In this document: piece after piece, positions 13,850 to 29,144 of the stretch | Position numbering within the stretch: the stretch's first letter is position 1 | How the letters are laid out: each line of letters begins with the position of its first letter | Assembly: GCA_964016885.1 (NCBI GenBank) | Contig: OZ024743.1 | Span: forward strand, 272,366,001-272,430,000 | Length of the DNA: 64,000 nucleotides | DNA from: Eledone cirrhosa | Lineage: Eukaryota | Direction: 5' to 3' | The notes under the pieces: model-generated | Told to the model about the DNA's origin: nothing | Database searches by the model: none | Seen by the model: the letters and a program-made list of their open reading frames with translations, nothing else | Made by a program: the position numbers and the translations under genes

Positions 13850-14260
13850 CTGAGATTGAAGTGGTTGAGTTGATGTGCCTCTTGAACACCTGCAAGTGGA
13901 CGGTTGTAGGGGAAAAAATATGGAGATGTGTCATGAGGTGAAGGACTGAAAAAGTGGTTATTTTGAGGCATGATGTGGAGTGGAGTCTATATGCTTGACG
14001 ACAGGCAGAAAGGCGAATGAGATCAGTGAGGATGAATAAAAGTGACACGTAATCAACCCGATATAAGGAGACACCACAGTTCTAGGGGCAGAAAAAAGCA
14101 GAGTGAAGAGGCAACACAGCTGTGGGCTAACTGTTGGAGTGTGTTGGCGAGAGATTTCATGCAAATAAATCGAGTGGCTTTTTTTTAGATGTGGTCTAGG
14201 ATGTTTTTATGTTTAACAGCAGGATTATTGCAGTTTATTTTTGGATGTCTCTGTGCGTAG
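13850..14260 (-). mobile_element. Decayed CR1/Jockey-like LINE 3' end
   Basis: ..HIFSPTTVHLQVFKRHINS resembles a LINE ORF2 C-terminus. Related copy at ~20135-20310. Confidence 0.45.
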
Positions 14261-14865
14261 TAGTAGCAACATATCATGTAGTTTATTTATATGAATGTAG
14301 AATGATATCCATCTCTAAAAATCGTTAAAATATTGTTTCTAGTGATATATTTTATTTTGTAGTTAAGTATCAAACCATATGGGACATGTTTGTTTCGTGA
14401 ATGGCATCAACATCAGCAAAACTCCAGCGAGAAAAAATCTAAGACAAGGAAATAAATTGCAGTTTTTTTTTAGGCATATGACTTTGCCAAACACACCAGT
14501 GGCACACATAAAATGAAGCAGGTTTAAGTGGAATGAAAAATTAGCTTGTTTCAGATTCGTTTCCTGTTCTACAGAGATTACCAGTTTGCTCTACAGGGAC
14601 TACTTTGATTTTACTGAGAAAGTCGGTATAGTTTTGATGAAGAGTTCAATGAAATTTTATCTCTCGTTATAGACGGTGAATTATGTGCCCATGGATCGAT
14701 CACACATAACATCGTTACTTTTGTAATTTGTATTGATTTTTAAACAAAAAACATATTTCATATTGGAGCTAGGGATTGATATGCTTTTATAAAAATTCTA
14801 TTAATGGTTTTGCTTTTACAAATTTACTACAACTATGTCCTTTACGTTTTGCAATACTGGTCTAC

Positions 14866-15053
14866 TATTTTGGGGAGAGGGGAAAGTAGATTAGATCGAC
14901 CCCAGTGCATTACTGGTGCTTTATTTTATCGACGGCATCAGGATGAAAGGCAAAGCAAACCTCGGAGGGATTTGAATTTGGAACACAAAGGGCCGTAACT
15001 CTATGCCGCAAAACGTTGTCCGACACTGTAACGACTCTGCCAATCCCCCGCCA
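14866..15053 (-). mobile_element. tRNA-derived SINE
   Basis: Reverse complement of the SINE body at 12474. Confidence 0.75.
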
Positions 15054-15159
15054 TAATAATTCCCTAACATAGACTGTATTTACCTTTAAGAGCTTCTCTC
15101 AATTCTTGTGAGATAATTAACAATGTGTTCAATAATCTAGAATTTGAAATAGTTGACAC

Positions 15160-15196
<37 letters not shown>

Positions 15197-15222
15197 GGAT
15201 TTAAATGGATACAGTTCAGTAA

Positions 15223-15351
15223 AAGGAATTTATTGACACGTGTTTCAATAACAGTTATATAACCTGAAAACAGCTGCTATCTACAAAGTATTAATTATGC
15301 AGACACTCAATATTTCAATGTTATTTTCAACTATCATTTCATCAGAATAAT
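15223..15351 (-). ncRNA. Type I hammerhead with long extended helix II
   Basis: Reverse complement reads gagattatt-CTGATGA-aatgatagtt..[~70-nt hairpin]..aactgttatt-GAAA-cacgtg-TC-aataaattcc. Confidence 0.7.
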
Positions 15352-16118
15352 CTCATTGAGAACTTGTTTGGTTTTTATAGAGAATATTAAGAGCGAGGAG
15401 TGAAGTTAGAAGGATAGTTAAGGGAGTGGATAGACATTTTTGATAGCAGTGGGTAATTAGATTCCCATCTGTTGTTTTGACATTTTTATAGAATACATTA
15501 TTTGGCGTTGGTTATTTTTCTAAATCTATAGAAGGATTAGAGATAGTAAAGATATGCATGGTTGGTTTTGTGTTTGCACTTAATTAACATACAGACTTGT
15601 GTGTATCCGTTCGCCCACACATAGATATATGTGTATATATACTTATTTAAAAAAAAACATACACATTCACAAACATACATATATGCACACCTCTACAAAT
15701 ACATACACTCACATACACATACTTACATGCTCATACTTACATTCATATATACATGTACATATATATATATATATATACATATATATATGTACCCACATAC
15801 GCATTCATGTATATACACTTTCATACTCTACTTATCTTCATATACACACATATAGACACACACATATATACATACATACTGTATGTTAATTAAGTGCAAA
15901 CACAAAACCAACCATGCATATCTTTACTATCTCTAATCCTTCTATAGATTTAGAAAAATAACCAACGCCAAATAATGTATTCTATAAAAATGTCAAAACA
16001 ACAGATGGGAATCTAATTACCCACTGCTATCAAAAATGTCTATCCACTCCCTTAACTATACTTCTAACTTCACTCCTCCCTCTTAATATTCTCTATAAAA
16101 ACCAAACAAGTTCTCAAT

Positions 16119-16182
16119 GAGATTTTTCTGATGAAATGATAGTTGAAAATAACTGTTATTGAAACACGTGTCAATAAATTCC
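16119..16182 (+). ncRNA. Type I minimal hammerhead
   Basis: CTGATGA-aatgatagtt/aactgttatt-GAAA-cacgtg-TC. Palindromic helix III ACACGTGT, GUC site. Confidence 0.75.
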
Positions 16183-16320
16183 TTTTACTGAACTGTATCC
16201 ATTTAAATCCTTCTATTTTCTCCGGATTACTTTTGAAACTACAACTGGAACCGTCGTGCAAACCCTACGTGAGCTGTCCATCTACTGTGTGTAATATTAA
16301 TATTACAACACTACGGAAAA

Positions 16321-16377
<57 letters not shown>

Positions 16378-16387
16378 TTGTTCTATG

Positions 16388-16502
16388 TTAGAAAGAATCG
16401 GAGCCCGTCGGTTATGCTCTTGCCGTTTCGACAGCTAATTTCAGACTGGAATTAGCTGTTGAGACGGCAAGAACTCAGCCGTAGGGCCTCGACTCTTTCT
16501 AA
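16388..16502. repeat. Fold-back palindrome of a hammerhead 3' half
   Basis: Arms are reverse complements around cagctaattt-cagact-ggaattagctg. Same family as 49052-49160 and 59316-59431. Confidence 0.7.
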
Positions 16503-16518
16503 TAATGGTTTTACTAGG

Positions 16519-16584
<66 letters not shown>

Positions 16585-17050
16585 ATGCATATATATACAT
16601 ATAAATATATCTGATACCACTTTACTTCAGCAATGCAACACATTCTGTTGTTTCCATGGTTTCCAGTGCCAGTAAACACTACTTCAATTTTTGAATATAG
16701 TGAATGGCCTTCCAGTTCGATTATATTTTTGAAAAACAAACAATTCATTGAATGAACACTCAATTTTGTCCAATAACTATTCCTGCAAAGACTCTGGGGA
16801 CCCAAACCATAAGCTAATTGAAATTCTAATATATTCGAAAATGGAATAAGGCGCTATTTTGTAAGCATATATATATGAAAAGATTCAGGATCCCGACGAC
16901 TGAGCTCCGGCCGTTTCGACAGCTAGATCCGAACAGTTCGGATTGCTACACTGCAGCTTCACCTGCGCACTCACATGATCATCAAACTAGAATATTTAAA
17001 CACTACTTCGGCATTAAATACTCTTTCTCACGTCCCTCAATAATACCCCA

Positions 17051-17117
<67 letters not shown>

Positions 17118-17639
17118 ACGGTAGATAAGGTTTTGTTTATGTATATCAAGAATGAATGCTTAAACAAGATAACTGCTTACCAGAGAATTTGACTCGACTC
17201 GACGGTCTCCTTTGAATCGTGTAGCATATATATCCAAGTAGGGGATATGGTATATAGGCCCAGAAGAGATTACGAAGTATATCATATAAGCAAGTGTAGA
17301 ACCAAGAAAAATATAGACTTCAGTGAGAAAGGAAATTAAGAATAATAGACACAGTAACATATGTTAAAGCAAATAAATTCTTAATTTGCTTTCTCACCGA
17401 AGTCTATATTTTTCTTGGTGCAATACTTGTTTATATATATATATATATATATATATAATTATTATAAAATGTGGAGAAGGAACACACGAATTGGAATATA
17501 TATATATAGGGAGAAAAAATGATTATTAGGAAGAAAATAATATTTTTTCCTTATTCTTTTCTCTTTTTTCTGGGTTAGAAAATGTTTAAAACAAAATATT
17601 TTACTTTGTGTGAAGTGTTAAGGTATTAGTTAATTTATT

Positions 17640-18720
17640 TATTAATTAACAACAGCATTGATTGATTGATTTATTAATTTATTTATTTAATAATTATCAA
17701 TTACCGGTTTCAGCATTTTATGCATTATCAAATTATGTGAGTGGGTGAGAAAAAAAGGGGGAATTTGTATTGGTATAAAATGTAGATGAGAAAATAAGGT
17801 GATGTTGAACATGTTATTGAAATGGGAAAGAAAGAATAATATTATTTACAAACAAGGTTTTTGAAGTAAAAAAAAGTGTGATGTGGAACATGATAAGGTA
17901 ATGGGAAAGAAAGAATAATATTATTTACAACCATGGTTTTTGAGGATAAACAGTTAAAAAAATGTTATGGCAAGATCGCTTAAAGAAGTAGATCCATGAT
18001 GGAGACAAATGGCCGTCTGGGATTGAATGTGTTTTCCCTTTTTTGAGAATTCATATGCAGGGGGAGGTAATTCAGGGTGGTCGGGTAGGAGAAAAAGAGG
18101 AGAGGGGTAATTCATTTATATAAGAAAAAGGATTAGGTAGGGTGTGAGGGAGGTAACTCTTTAGAGAACGTAGGGATTTTGGACTATGGTTCATTGTTCG
18201 TTCAGTTTTAGTTTAGTCCGAAGTTTAGTCCATTAAGTAGAGGTTGGAATTTGTTAATTAAGTACGTTTCCTTATTAGTATGATGGGATGAAAGAAGCGT
18301 TGTCTATGAATTTGTAAATGGGGAAAATTCTAAAGTTTGGTAGTTGGTTAGGTGCACAATTGGCGATATGTTCACTAAAAGCAATCTTTCTGTATTCCTG
18401 TGATCTATGGACGGTCATACGTTGTTGGAGGCTGTTTTTTGTCTGTCCTATGTAGTGCTCACGACAACATGAGCAGGTCAAAACATAGATTAGGTTTTCA
18501 GATGCACATGTAAAGTTGTATTTAACTGTGAAATGTTGTCCTTATTTGAAGTGGAATGTTGAACCTTCTATTACAGTTGGGCCTTCCGCATTTTCTTTAC
18601 TGTAGGGTTGATTGTGAGGATTGGTTGGATTTTGGCTTGTGTGAGGATGTTTTTTATGGATTTAGGTTGTCTTTTGCTCTGTATGATGTTGTGTGTTTGG
18701 AGGATTTTATTCATTCATTG
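17640..18720 (-). mobile_element. PLE 3' fragment (GIY-YIG, Neptune-like) with 3' pLTR
   Basis: NLIYVLTCSCCREHYIGQT..RMTVH..SEHIANC. Degenerate minimal HHR at 17698-17735 (taat-TTGATAA-tgcat/atgct-GAAA-ccgg-TA-attg). Confidence 0.75.
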
Positions 18721-18726
18721 TGTGTG

Positions 18727-18807
<81 letters not shown>

Positions 18808-20797
18808 GCGCGCGCGCGTGTGTGTGTGTTTATTTATTTGTTTGTTGTTGATCAAAAGCATTCCGGCCATCACCGTGTTTTCCTTGACTTAGATACAATG
18901 TATTCAGAACTAAGACGTGGGTATATTATTTCAGAGAGATTTAGCTGCTATGTCTAGCATGAATAGTGACTACATAGAAGTTCACCCATTGGCTTGTAAT
19001 GTTTATCCTGTTATTGTTTAGCCACAGGTTGTCCATAATCAAGAAGACGTGATTATAAAGGCGAAAGTACCATGGTTATCCCATACATTTTCGTTAGCTA
19101 GACGGCCAAAGTATCGAATATGTTCGTTTTGTTTTTAAAGACAGTAAGATACGATTTGAGAAAGATTTGCTTGTTTTATTGTAATGCATAGAATAGATGC
19201 GTTTCACTGGCTCGCCTATTTTAAAGATGTAATTAAATTTAAATAATTTCTACCGAAGTATGATTTCCAGCCAATATGACTCATGACATAAAACAAGATT
19301 TAATTTGCAGAATATATTTTCAACATTTTAGAAACACTGGAAAAACTAAGTTTGATTGAGAAGAGAACCATATGAGCAATAGCGAACCAAAAATATCAGA
19401 TCTCTGTTACATCACAGTAGAAAAGAGAGGCCAGTAATTCTGATAAGAACATTGAATAGCATATAAAGGATAGAGCCTCCAGGTGGTCATTCATTTTGCT
19501 AGAAATAGAGCCAATTTTCTCTTAAGAGTGGCTTAACATCTGAAAAATGGAATGACACATTGTTGCATAATATCTTTCCAGAAATTTTCGATACTCTTCT
19601 GGATGAGGCCACGCTGGTCACGTGCAGGTTGTGGGATTTGAACTCAGAATGCAAAGAATCAGAACTGATATTGTAAAATATCATTTCCAATGTTGTAATC
19701 GTTCAATAATGCACTGCCCCTGGCCTGGTAGTTTATTTACCAATCCCGAAAGGATATGAAAGGCAACGCTGGCCGCGACACAATTTGATCTTAGAGCGCA
19801 TAGAACTAAAATAAATATTGAGACGTTAAATCTGACGTTCTAATGACTCTGCCAATCCTCCGTCCTTTTGCATAATATAGTAGTAGATAAATAAGACGGG
19901 TATTCCACTGGATTGAACATCTTAGCTCAAGGGCTGCTTGATGAGGACTAACACGAGGCTAATCAACAGGAACAATAACAATATCAAACACAATTTTATA
20001 TCGTAGAATGGATGGTATTTTTAATTCTCTTTGATATTTTGAAAATTCTATGATATTGATATTTTACATTTGGCACGCGACGAGGAATTTGTAGGATATG
20101 GGAAAGACGACTATATCGACACTGGTACTTAACTAGTACTTGATGTACCTCTTGAACAGCTACGAGTAGATGGTTGCATGAAAAATTTGGAGAGAAAGAT
20201 GAGAAATCTGATGTATCTGGGGGTGAAGGATTAAAAAAGGGGGTTAGTCTGAGGCTTGATGTGGAATGATGAAAGTGAAAGTAAATCAGCATGTAAGGGG
20301 CCGTAACTAGACACTGAAAGCAATGCATCTAACGCTCTAAGGATTCTGCCAATCTACTGCTATGAACATTTCACAATATTGAAAACTGTTGATTATTTAA
20401 AATATATTATTACTTTTTGTAGCAATGTTTGAATATGTCAAAAAAGTATGGTGACATACAGAAATTGCCATTGAACCTTTGTAATGCAGCAGCATTTTTT
20501 TTCTGTATAAATATAATGAAGTTTGTCTCCTCTGCATATCAACAATCCATTTGACCAAAATACGATACTAAAGAATAGAGTAAGGAATGGTATAAAGTAA
20601 ATAGAACTTCAATGAGTATTTTAGCTGTTCAGGCAACGGAACAGTGGTTGAGTGTTCCACTGACATACATCCATAACGTAATTTGCAGGGATATTCAGTG
20701 TGACACAGCGTGCAACAAAGCTGGCCTTATCAAAGTTACACAGCATGTGACTGGTTTTCAAACAGTTTCTGCCTACCTAATTTTACTCGCAATATTT

Positions 20798-20990
20798 GGG
20801 TCGTGGATTGGCAGTATCGGCAGAGGGTTGGACGCCATGCTTTGCAGCATTGGGTTCACTGCCCTTTCCATTCTGAGTAAAAATCCCGCCGAGGTTAACT
20901 TTGCCTTTCATCCTTACGGGGTTGATAAAATAAAGTACCAGTAATGCACTGGGTAATTGCTGGCCTTGTGCCAAAAGTAGAAACAATATT
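20798..20990 (+). mobile_element. tRNA-derived SINE inserted in an older minus-strand SINE (~20620-21090)
   Basis: SINE body as at 12474. The flanks resemble the reverse complement of the 37202-37510 element. Confidence 0.7.
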
Positions 20991-21788
20991 TGGGCCAACC
21001 CACGGTTATGGTAAATAACATTTGCCCAAGAGATCGAAACAAGAACCTCATTGTACACAAATTTAACCATTCGGTTACACTGCTTCCATGAATAGTACGT
21101 TAGCTGGATATTTATTGACACAGATAAAAAAGTGAGGTAGAAGGCTAGGGGCCTTAGACCACAGGATCAACATGCTAACGATTAGATTAGTTTGTAGTTC
21201 TCATTCCCTTATCAGTTTCAATCATTTTTGTTTTCAAGCAATATATGAATACCACATGGTCACCAATAAAACAAACAAAAAATAGAATACATTATATATA
21301 AAAACGAAAATGAAATGAAAGTATCCCTCCATTGCATTTTCGTTTACAAAATAAAATAAGTGAAATCTTATAACTACTTTAACCATATTTCTTAAAATAT
21401 TCAATGTTTTCCATAAAGACAACTAATTATATTTATCGTTGAAAAGAAGACAAAAAGAAATATAAATTGAATTAAAAAACAAACGTAAAAAAGAATTCAA
21501 TTTTTATAAAATAATTAGGTAGGAAAGGAAAACTAAAATATATTTTGTTAGCAAGGTTAGATGCATGCTATTTTGAAACAAATATCAATGGACAAAGGAT
21601 TAATTATTGTCTGAATAATCAGTCATCAACAGGAGTAAAGCAAACAGCAAATATGTAAAGGTGTCATTAGCTGTATATATCATAAATGAAAAATGAAAAT
21701 AGTTATTTTACGTCACACCACAGATAAAAATTACATCTATATATTTCCCGATATTATTCTCTCTCTCTCTCTATATATATATATGCAT

Positions 21789-21864
<76 letters not shown>

Positions 21865-21913
21865 ATACACATGTTTTTATCACAGAGACAATGTGAGAGA
21901 GAGAGAGAAAGAG

Positions 21914-21986
<73 letters not shown>

Positions 21987-24121
21987 GTGTGTGTTGTTTC
22001 ATTTATTCTATATATGTATTCGAAACAACATAGACCATGTTGTTTCGAATTTATTTTTGTTAGTGTTTATTAATAAGGGTTAACTGAAAGTATGTACACT
22101 AGACATACATGTATGTGTACTTTTATTGCAGTATATATTTTCGACAGAAATATACGTGCATAGCTCATTATATTTTCTGATTTTAAAAGTATTTTGGTTA
22201 GGATATCCTCATTATCTGAAAACAAAAATGCTTTTAATACTTTATTGCACTGAAATTGTCTTCTTTGCTTGTTAACTGTTTCCTTGTGTCGAGCTTTATT
22301 ATTGTTGCTGTTTTACCATCCTCGGGTGAATCCGGATCGAGCTAATTAAATGTGTTCCAGCTGTGACTATTCTGTCTGTTCAGCGGGGTATCTAGAACCA
22401 CATTATAGTATTTGTCTCTCGAAAGGGATGATTAAGTTTTTAATGTGATATTCACTTTTCTTAAAACGGTGAGCTGAAATCTTGAGGAGACATGTCTGCT
22501 TATTTTGCGAATAAAGAGTCTCTTGTTGAGATGACAGTTCCTAAATTAAAATATGAGAATATCCAAACGAATATTTTGTGTAAGAAACTTCATCAACATT
22601 GTTGTAATTAGAGAGAAGTTATTTGTCAAAATAACTTTTCAAAAATGAATTATTAGGAAACCGGAATCTTGAATATTCACTCGCGCTTTAGTTCCACAAC
22701 AAGAACAAGTTGAATTAACATAATGTGGTCCATCATATGGATGTATATGTTTTCATATACATCCCTATATATTGTATATACTTTCATATACAACATATTG
22801 TATATGCTTTCATATACAATATGTTTATGCATAATAAACATACGAGAGGCTTGCTATGGATTTTTTAAAAGCTGAGATCATGTCACAACTATCTCAGTAG
22901 CGGAGAGAATGCTCGATCCCTACACTTGAGAAAACCAACTCAAGGGAGATCGATTTTAACCGAAAAGATTACTGTAGTCAGACTCAGACTGCGAAAAGAA
23001 AAAAAGAGAAGTAGTATCGTCTTGATAGCGGAATTAAAGGCCCTAAGATTACAGAACATCGAGAAAGGAAAAAGAGCTTGGCACTTCTGGAAAAAAATGT
23101 GGCTCATTCAGAGCAGCATAGCAAGAGCTGTAGATTAAATGCATATTTCAGGTAAATGCTGTTGTGACGGCGAAAAGGAAAGGAGTCTTGTAAAGGAGAT
23201 TTGAAGTCCGTAGAGAATCAGGTGACTGCTTCCCTGCAAACGTAAGGACTTTTGATAGACAATGATGACCTTGAAGTATATTAGACTCTACCTCGAAAAA
23301 AGAGAAAGGAAAAAAGAAAACACAATAGAAAACACAGAACGGCACTTCTAAAAACCCAAAGAATTAAATGTCTTTTAAAACGAATATTTAACAAAAACGG
23401 ACACGGATATCACTAGAAAAGCTTAATTCTTGAAAAAACAAACAAACACAAAACAAATAACGATGGAAGCTACTATATACATGGATAACAAACTGCAATA
23501 TTTTGTAGAATAAAAGGGAATACCAGAAGAGGTTAAATGCTGGCCATAAGAGACATAAAGGTATAAAAATACTAGTGAGATCAAAAGAACAACATAAGTG
23601 AAGAAATAATCTCAAATGGAATAAACCATGATTGTCTTAACAGACGTCATTCATCTTTATCTGGCGACAATGATGAAAAACAAGGATCACAGAATATAAA
23701 ATAAATAGACTTGAAAATGATTTGAATATACAAAATATAAAATCCCAGGTTATAGAAAATGATATTCATCCGGAAAATAATGTCTTCAATAATGTCAACA
23801 ACTACTGTTGTTATTACAGATTTAGTCGGTTTGACATGAAGGTTCAGACAGATAATTCAATATTTACCTTAACAAGAGAAGCCTATATGCCAACTTGTAA
23901 AACATCAAAGAATAATTAATTTCAAGAAAGCATTCAAGATAATAGTTATATCAGAATCTTGGATCAGCTTCGAGATGAGTGTAGATGTTAAGTGGATTGG
24001 ATATTAACTGGGATATTTGAAGAGGAAGAATAAAATGGGAAAAGTTTGGCTTTGTATGTGAATAACATCTTTAATTATAATATGGTAGAAACAGAACAGC
24101 TGTCGGTGATGTGTATTAATG

Positions 24122-24162
<41 letters not shown>

Positions 24163-27100
24163 CATAGGTTTGAGCTATATATCGCAGCACCTCCTAGAAC
24201 TAATATTGAAATAAGGATTGGATGGACGAAATGTATGCAAACACAATTCAAGTATTAAGCTCGCACTTATTCATTTTGTACACAAAGAAAGTATGCAGAG
24301 TACTAAAGTTGTTAACACCTGTTATATTTCCAGATCTACTCTAGGGAGTATTTACTGCAATGTTTGGAAGTAGACTCGACAAAAGTTAGACACATTCCTC
24401 TAATCCCCCACACCGGACTTATATTCTCATTATAGACACTGAAAAAAGATGAAAAGCAAAATTGGCCATGACAGAATTTGTAGAAAGCCGGAATAAATAC
24501 CACAAAACGATACTTTAACGACTCTGCAAATTCGCTCCCATAGATATGAACTTATTGGATTAGTAACTGAAAACAATTTTGAATAAAGAAAATCTTACTT
24601 AGGTTTTAATTGTTTTTAAGAAAACCAGTAAGACGTAAGTTAAAAATAAAGAGGTGAAGACGGGAGTAAAGTAAGACGACAAAAACAAATTTTGCGTTTG
24701 ACCATATATTTCATAGTATTTTGGGATCAATGCTCCGTTGTCAAAAGAAAAAAAATGGAGCGTAATGGTGGTGGTTAGCTTTATATGTAATTACGAACAT
24801 GAAATATCTAATTTGTGTTGATTATGAATATTTGTGTTTTAAGTATGTTGTTTAGTTTCATTGATCATTTCATTTTATTATCATCCTTATTTTGGTTTCT
24901 ATTTTATTTCTATATTTTTGAAATAATTTCATGTCTTCTAAATTCACATAAATCAATATGTTTCAATATTTTCAATATATTTCAATATGTTTCCATTGTC
25001 CAGAACATTTCGATCGAAGAATATTTTCTTGAATAGTTTACAATAATCATTACTGAAGCCATTAAATTCCACTCCTGGACTTTACATTGAAATGTTGGTA
25101 AAATGATCAATAAATTTATCAAGGCAAGCAATGGGCCTCTATAAAGGCATTTCGATATAATAGAAATAGCATACAAATCTTAATCAAATCATATCCAACC
25201 ATCTTAGAAAATAACACATAAAATAGAATGTAGACTTAGGTGAACTGAATTGAGGAAAAGACGGGAATTTTACTACTGAAACGGCTTAGAATATAGATTT
25301 GCTTGATAAGAGCCTGACTAAAGCTAAACAACAAGAGAAACAATAACAAAAACAACAACAACAATAAAAAACTGCCGTAAAACTAGCAAAGATGGCAAAT
25401 GCGAGCCAACCAACTAGAAGTTATATTTCTCTATGAAACCAACAACACAACAGTGGATAGAACAGATACAGAAGGTGGCACATTGACAGAATTGTTTGAG
25501 TGTTAGAGTGACAATTGCCTTGTGATATTTGGTCGGGATCTCTACGCTCTGAGTTAAAATCATATTATGTCAACGTTATCTTTCATATTTCTGGGGTCAA
25601 TAAATAAAGTACCAGTTCAGTGCAGTTGACTGGCGAAACCTTAGAGAATTGGACAGTATGTCTTTCGGTACTTGTCCTACAACATCAATAAGCTGAAAAA
25701 TCCTGTCATAAGAGGCTTGGACCCATATTATTATAACAATCAAGAAACATTATGTGAGATATAACAACGTTCTAGAAATAACACTCATATATACCTAAAA
25801 TCATTCCTATTCTCTTTAAAAAAACATATTGGATAATGAAGCTTGAAACTAGGACGGGAGGTGTGTCTGAAACGCCTTTGATCATAGATCTGCTTGGTCA
25901 TGTGTGATCTAGAACTAATCAACAGTAACATTGTATAATTGATGAATATATCATTCGATTGCAGAATTGACCTTAAGACTACGCATGGGATTATCTTCAA
26001 GAAAGCCTTGGCTTTGAAATAACATTTCGTAGATTGATTGATTGGTGTTAATATTACTACATGGATGGAATGGGAATATGATCAGTAGAAGTAGCAACGC
26101 GTTGATGTTTTACGGCACTTAAAAGTCAATAAAACATGATGTTGTATAGCAGGACCCTCTATGTAGTTGCTTGATTCAACGGAAGTAGCAGCCAACTTTC
26201 CTGAACTCACATCTGATTTTCATAAAAATGGAAGGTGAGCTACGTAACCAGCATAATGTAGTCCTGGATACAATTATATTTTAAACAAAAGCAGGTTGAC
26301 AACGGCTGAAACATGTTTGGTCCTGACTCTGCTAAATAAAGGCGGAGAATTGACAGATTCGTTAAAGTGCAAGACTAAAACATCTTATATAATTTACTCC
26401 GGCTTTCAGAGGCAACTAACACACATATTTGGGAAAATATTGGCAATATTCACAGAAACATTTAAAGTTTGTTATATGACTTCGATCACTAGTGCATCAA
26501 TACCCATGTGCTTATTATATGAAAATGCACTTGGAAATGATGCAGTGAAGCGTTCGAAGATTTTCCATTCATATGAAAAAAAAAAATTTATATTGTCTTT
26601 TTAAATGGTACTGAATGAAATGTTTGGAAAATGTCCAACCTTAATGTCTTTTTTTAAGCAACTCTCGTAGCATTATACAAAACTAATTGAAGATATTATG
26701 CCAGCTGTAAACGAAATAAAAGAAACTGGTGTGACGAAAGATTCTAAACCTATTTTTAAGGTTATTCCTCTGAGTAACAACACAGTAAAATGCCATATGT
26801 ACGAGAGTCTAGATGTTGAAAAGAAGATAACTTTAAAAATTTGATAGTGAAAGTTTTCTAACAATTTGGACGGGTCAATATTTAAAGGTTTTAACATTCT
26901 CATGATCAAGTAAAATTATTGCAGTCACAATGAAAACATAGTTGAATTTCTCTTTGTGAAATAGCTTAAAACTGAAATGATATTTTTTCGAGGATTATTG
27001 AAAACAAATATGCCATTCATCTTAAAGATATTATGACAGTTGTTCCTATTGCACCCCAGGATAAAGGGGCAGCTTAAGACCCAATAACGGATAAAGACCA

Positions 27101-27327
27101 CGATCCAAATAGGTTATAGAGTGATTTGAACCCAGAATACAAAGCGTATAAATTCTTCAATAAGAACATTAAGAAAAAAGTCACATTTAAGCTAAAGAGA
27201 AAAGAAAGAAGGGGAGAATAGGTATGTGAGTGGAAGTAAGGGAGGGGGAGGTCATAATAAGAGAATGAAAATTATAGTAACAGATAAAAAAGTAAAACAT
27301 TAATTCGTCACTGTTTTGGCAGTAGAG

Positions 27328-27999
27328 CAGCGGTCGCCAACCAGTGGTCCACGGACCACTGGTGGTCCGAAAGAAAAGTTTGGTGGTCCGCAGAAAAATG
27401 TGGACATTATTTGTAATTTTTATGTTTTATTAATAATGTTTTCTTATATAGCCACAAGACCAGACATTTTGGAGGAGGGAAAAGTCGATTAAATCGACCC
27501 CAGTGCATTACTGGTACTTTATTTTATCGACCCCTTAAGGATAAAAGGCAAAGTTAACCTCGGCGGGATTTGAACACAGATTATAAAGGGCCGTAACTCT
27601 ATGTTGCAAGGCATGGCGCCCGACCCTCTACCGATACTCCCAATCCACTGCCCTAATATGTTTTATTAATAATTGTTTCTACTTTAGGCACAAGGCCAGC
27701 AATTACCCAGTGCATTACTGGTACTTTATTTTATCGACCCCGTAAGGATGAAAGGCAAAGTCAAATATGTTTTATTAATAATAAAACAAAAATAACATTT
27801 GGTTAAATTTATAACCCGACCCTAAAAAAGAAAATGTTTCTCCTCAGTAAAGGACTAACATCCATGAAAGAATGTTACACATATGTATCATCTATCGACA
27901 ATTTGTTTCGACCATTCAGCATTAATTTATATTAGTGGTCCACGGGATTTAAAATTATGAATTTAGTAGTCCGTGAAGTCCGAAAGGTTGGTGACCTTG
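27328..27999. mobile_element. hAT-superfamily MITE with nested SINE insertions
   Basis: TIRs CAGCGGTCGCCAACC / GGTTGGTGACCTTG; 8-bp TSD CAGTAGAG at 27320-27327 and 28000-28007; minus-strand SINE pieces at ~27444-27765. Confidence 0.9.
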
Positions 28000-28148
28000 C
28001 AGTAGAGAGTAGGTGGTAGTTACATATAGAAAGAAATTTGGGAGTATGGACACATACACACACTCACACGCACACACACACACACACACACGTACACACA
28101 CACACACACTCACACGCACGCACACGCACGCACACACACGTACACGCA

Positions 28149-28193
<45 letters not shown>

Positions 28194-29144
28194 CGACAGT
28201 CGATCGACTTTCGCCCTTAACGGGATCTTCTGAAACTAACAAAATCAATCTGTGAACGCAGAAGTGAATATTTCAAAAAAACGTTGCAACCGGAGGAAGA
28301 CAGGAAGACGATACTTTGGTTCGTGGAAACGTTCCCTGACAAAAAACGGGAAAAAACGAATATAATACGGCATTATTTGGAGCGGTGAAAAACAATTACA
28401 CGCAAGGACAAAACCACGTAGACTAATATTCTATTAGGTGGTTCATAGAGGCGTTCTCTGGCAATGAACGGAAAAACGAAGATAATACGTCATATGTGGA
28501 GCGGGGAGAACAATTGCACGCAAAAACAAAACCACGTAAATGGTATAGCTGAAGTCGTAGACTAAATTCTAACTAGGAAACCGAATGATTCTCCGCTTCA
28601 GAGTTAAGAATAAAGTAAATAAAATACAGAGGTAATTGAAATTAAATAAATACATACACGCACCCATATACGTACATACACAAGCATACATAGGTATGCA
28701 AATACACGCACATATAAATATGTGTGTGTATGTGTGTACGTGTGTGTGTGTGTGCGTGCATACAAATAATATAATAAACGTATATAAATAAATAAATACG
28801 TATATAACAAGCGGACACACATACCTACATGTAAATACACAAGTGTTCGGAGACGTACGTCAACCAAGACACGAAGTACACATAAACACACACCCTACAT
28901 ACGTACGAACCCGCATACTCACACAGACGCAAAACTCACGTATACACATAACCAAAAGCATATGTACCAGAATATATAAATATACGCCATAACATATACA
29001 ATCAGATATACGTATGAGAAAGTATACGTACCTTCACAAAACATACAGCTAATATATACTTACCAATGCAAATAAGTAATGGTATAAACATAACATATAC
29101 TTAGCTACCACATGAAGACGTAAAATATCCACGTATAGATCGTA

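Larger units (their letters stand above)
15192..16320. mobile_element. Inverted PLE-type pseudo-LTR pair carrying hammerheads, in (TA)n
   Basis: Arms 15192-15594 and 15879-16215 are reverse complements around a CA/TA-rich spacer. Confidence 0.8.

Noticed and set aside
22850-24260. Very old LINE-like coding remnants (also ~11700-12330, ~13200-13680, ~36700-36900)
   Set aside because: Only vague peptide resemblance; too degraded to call by eye.
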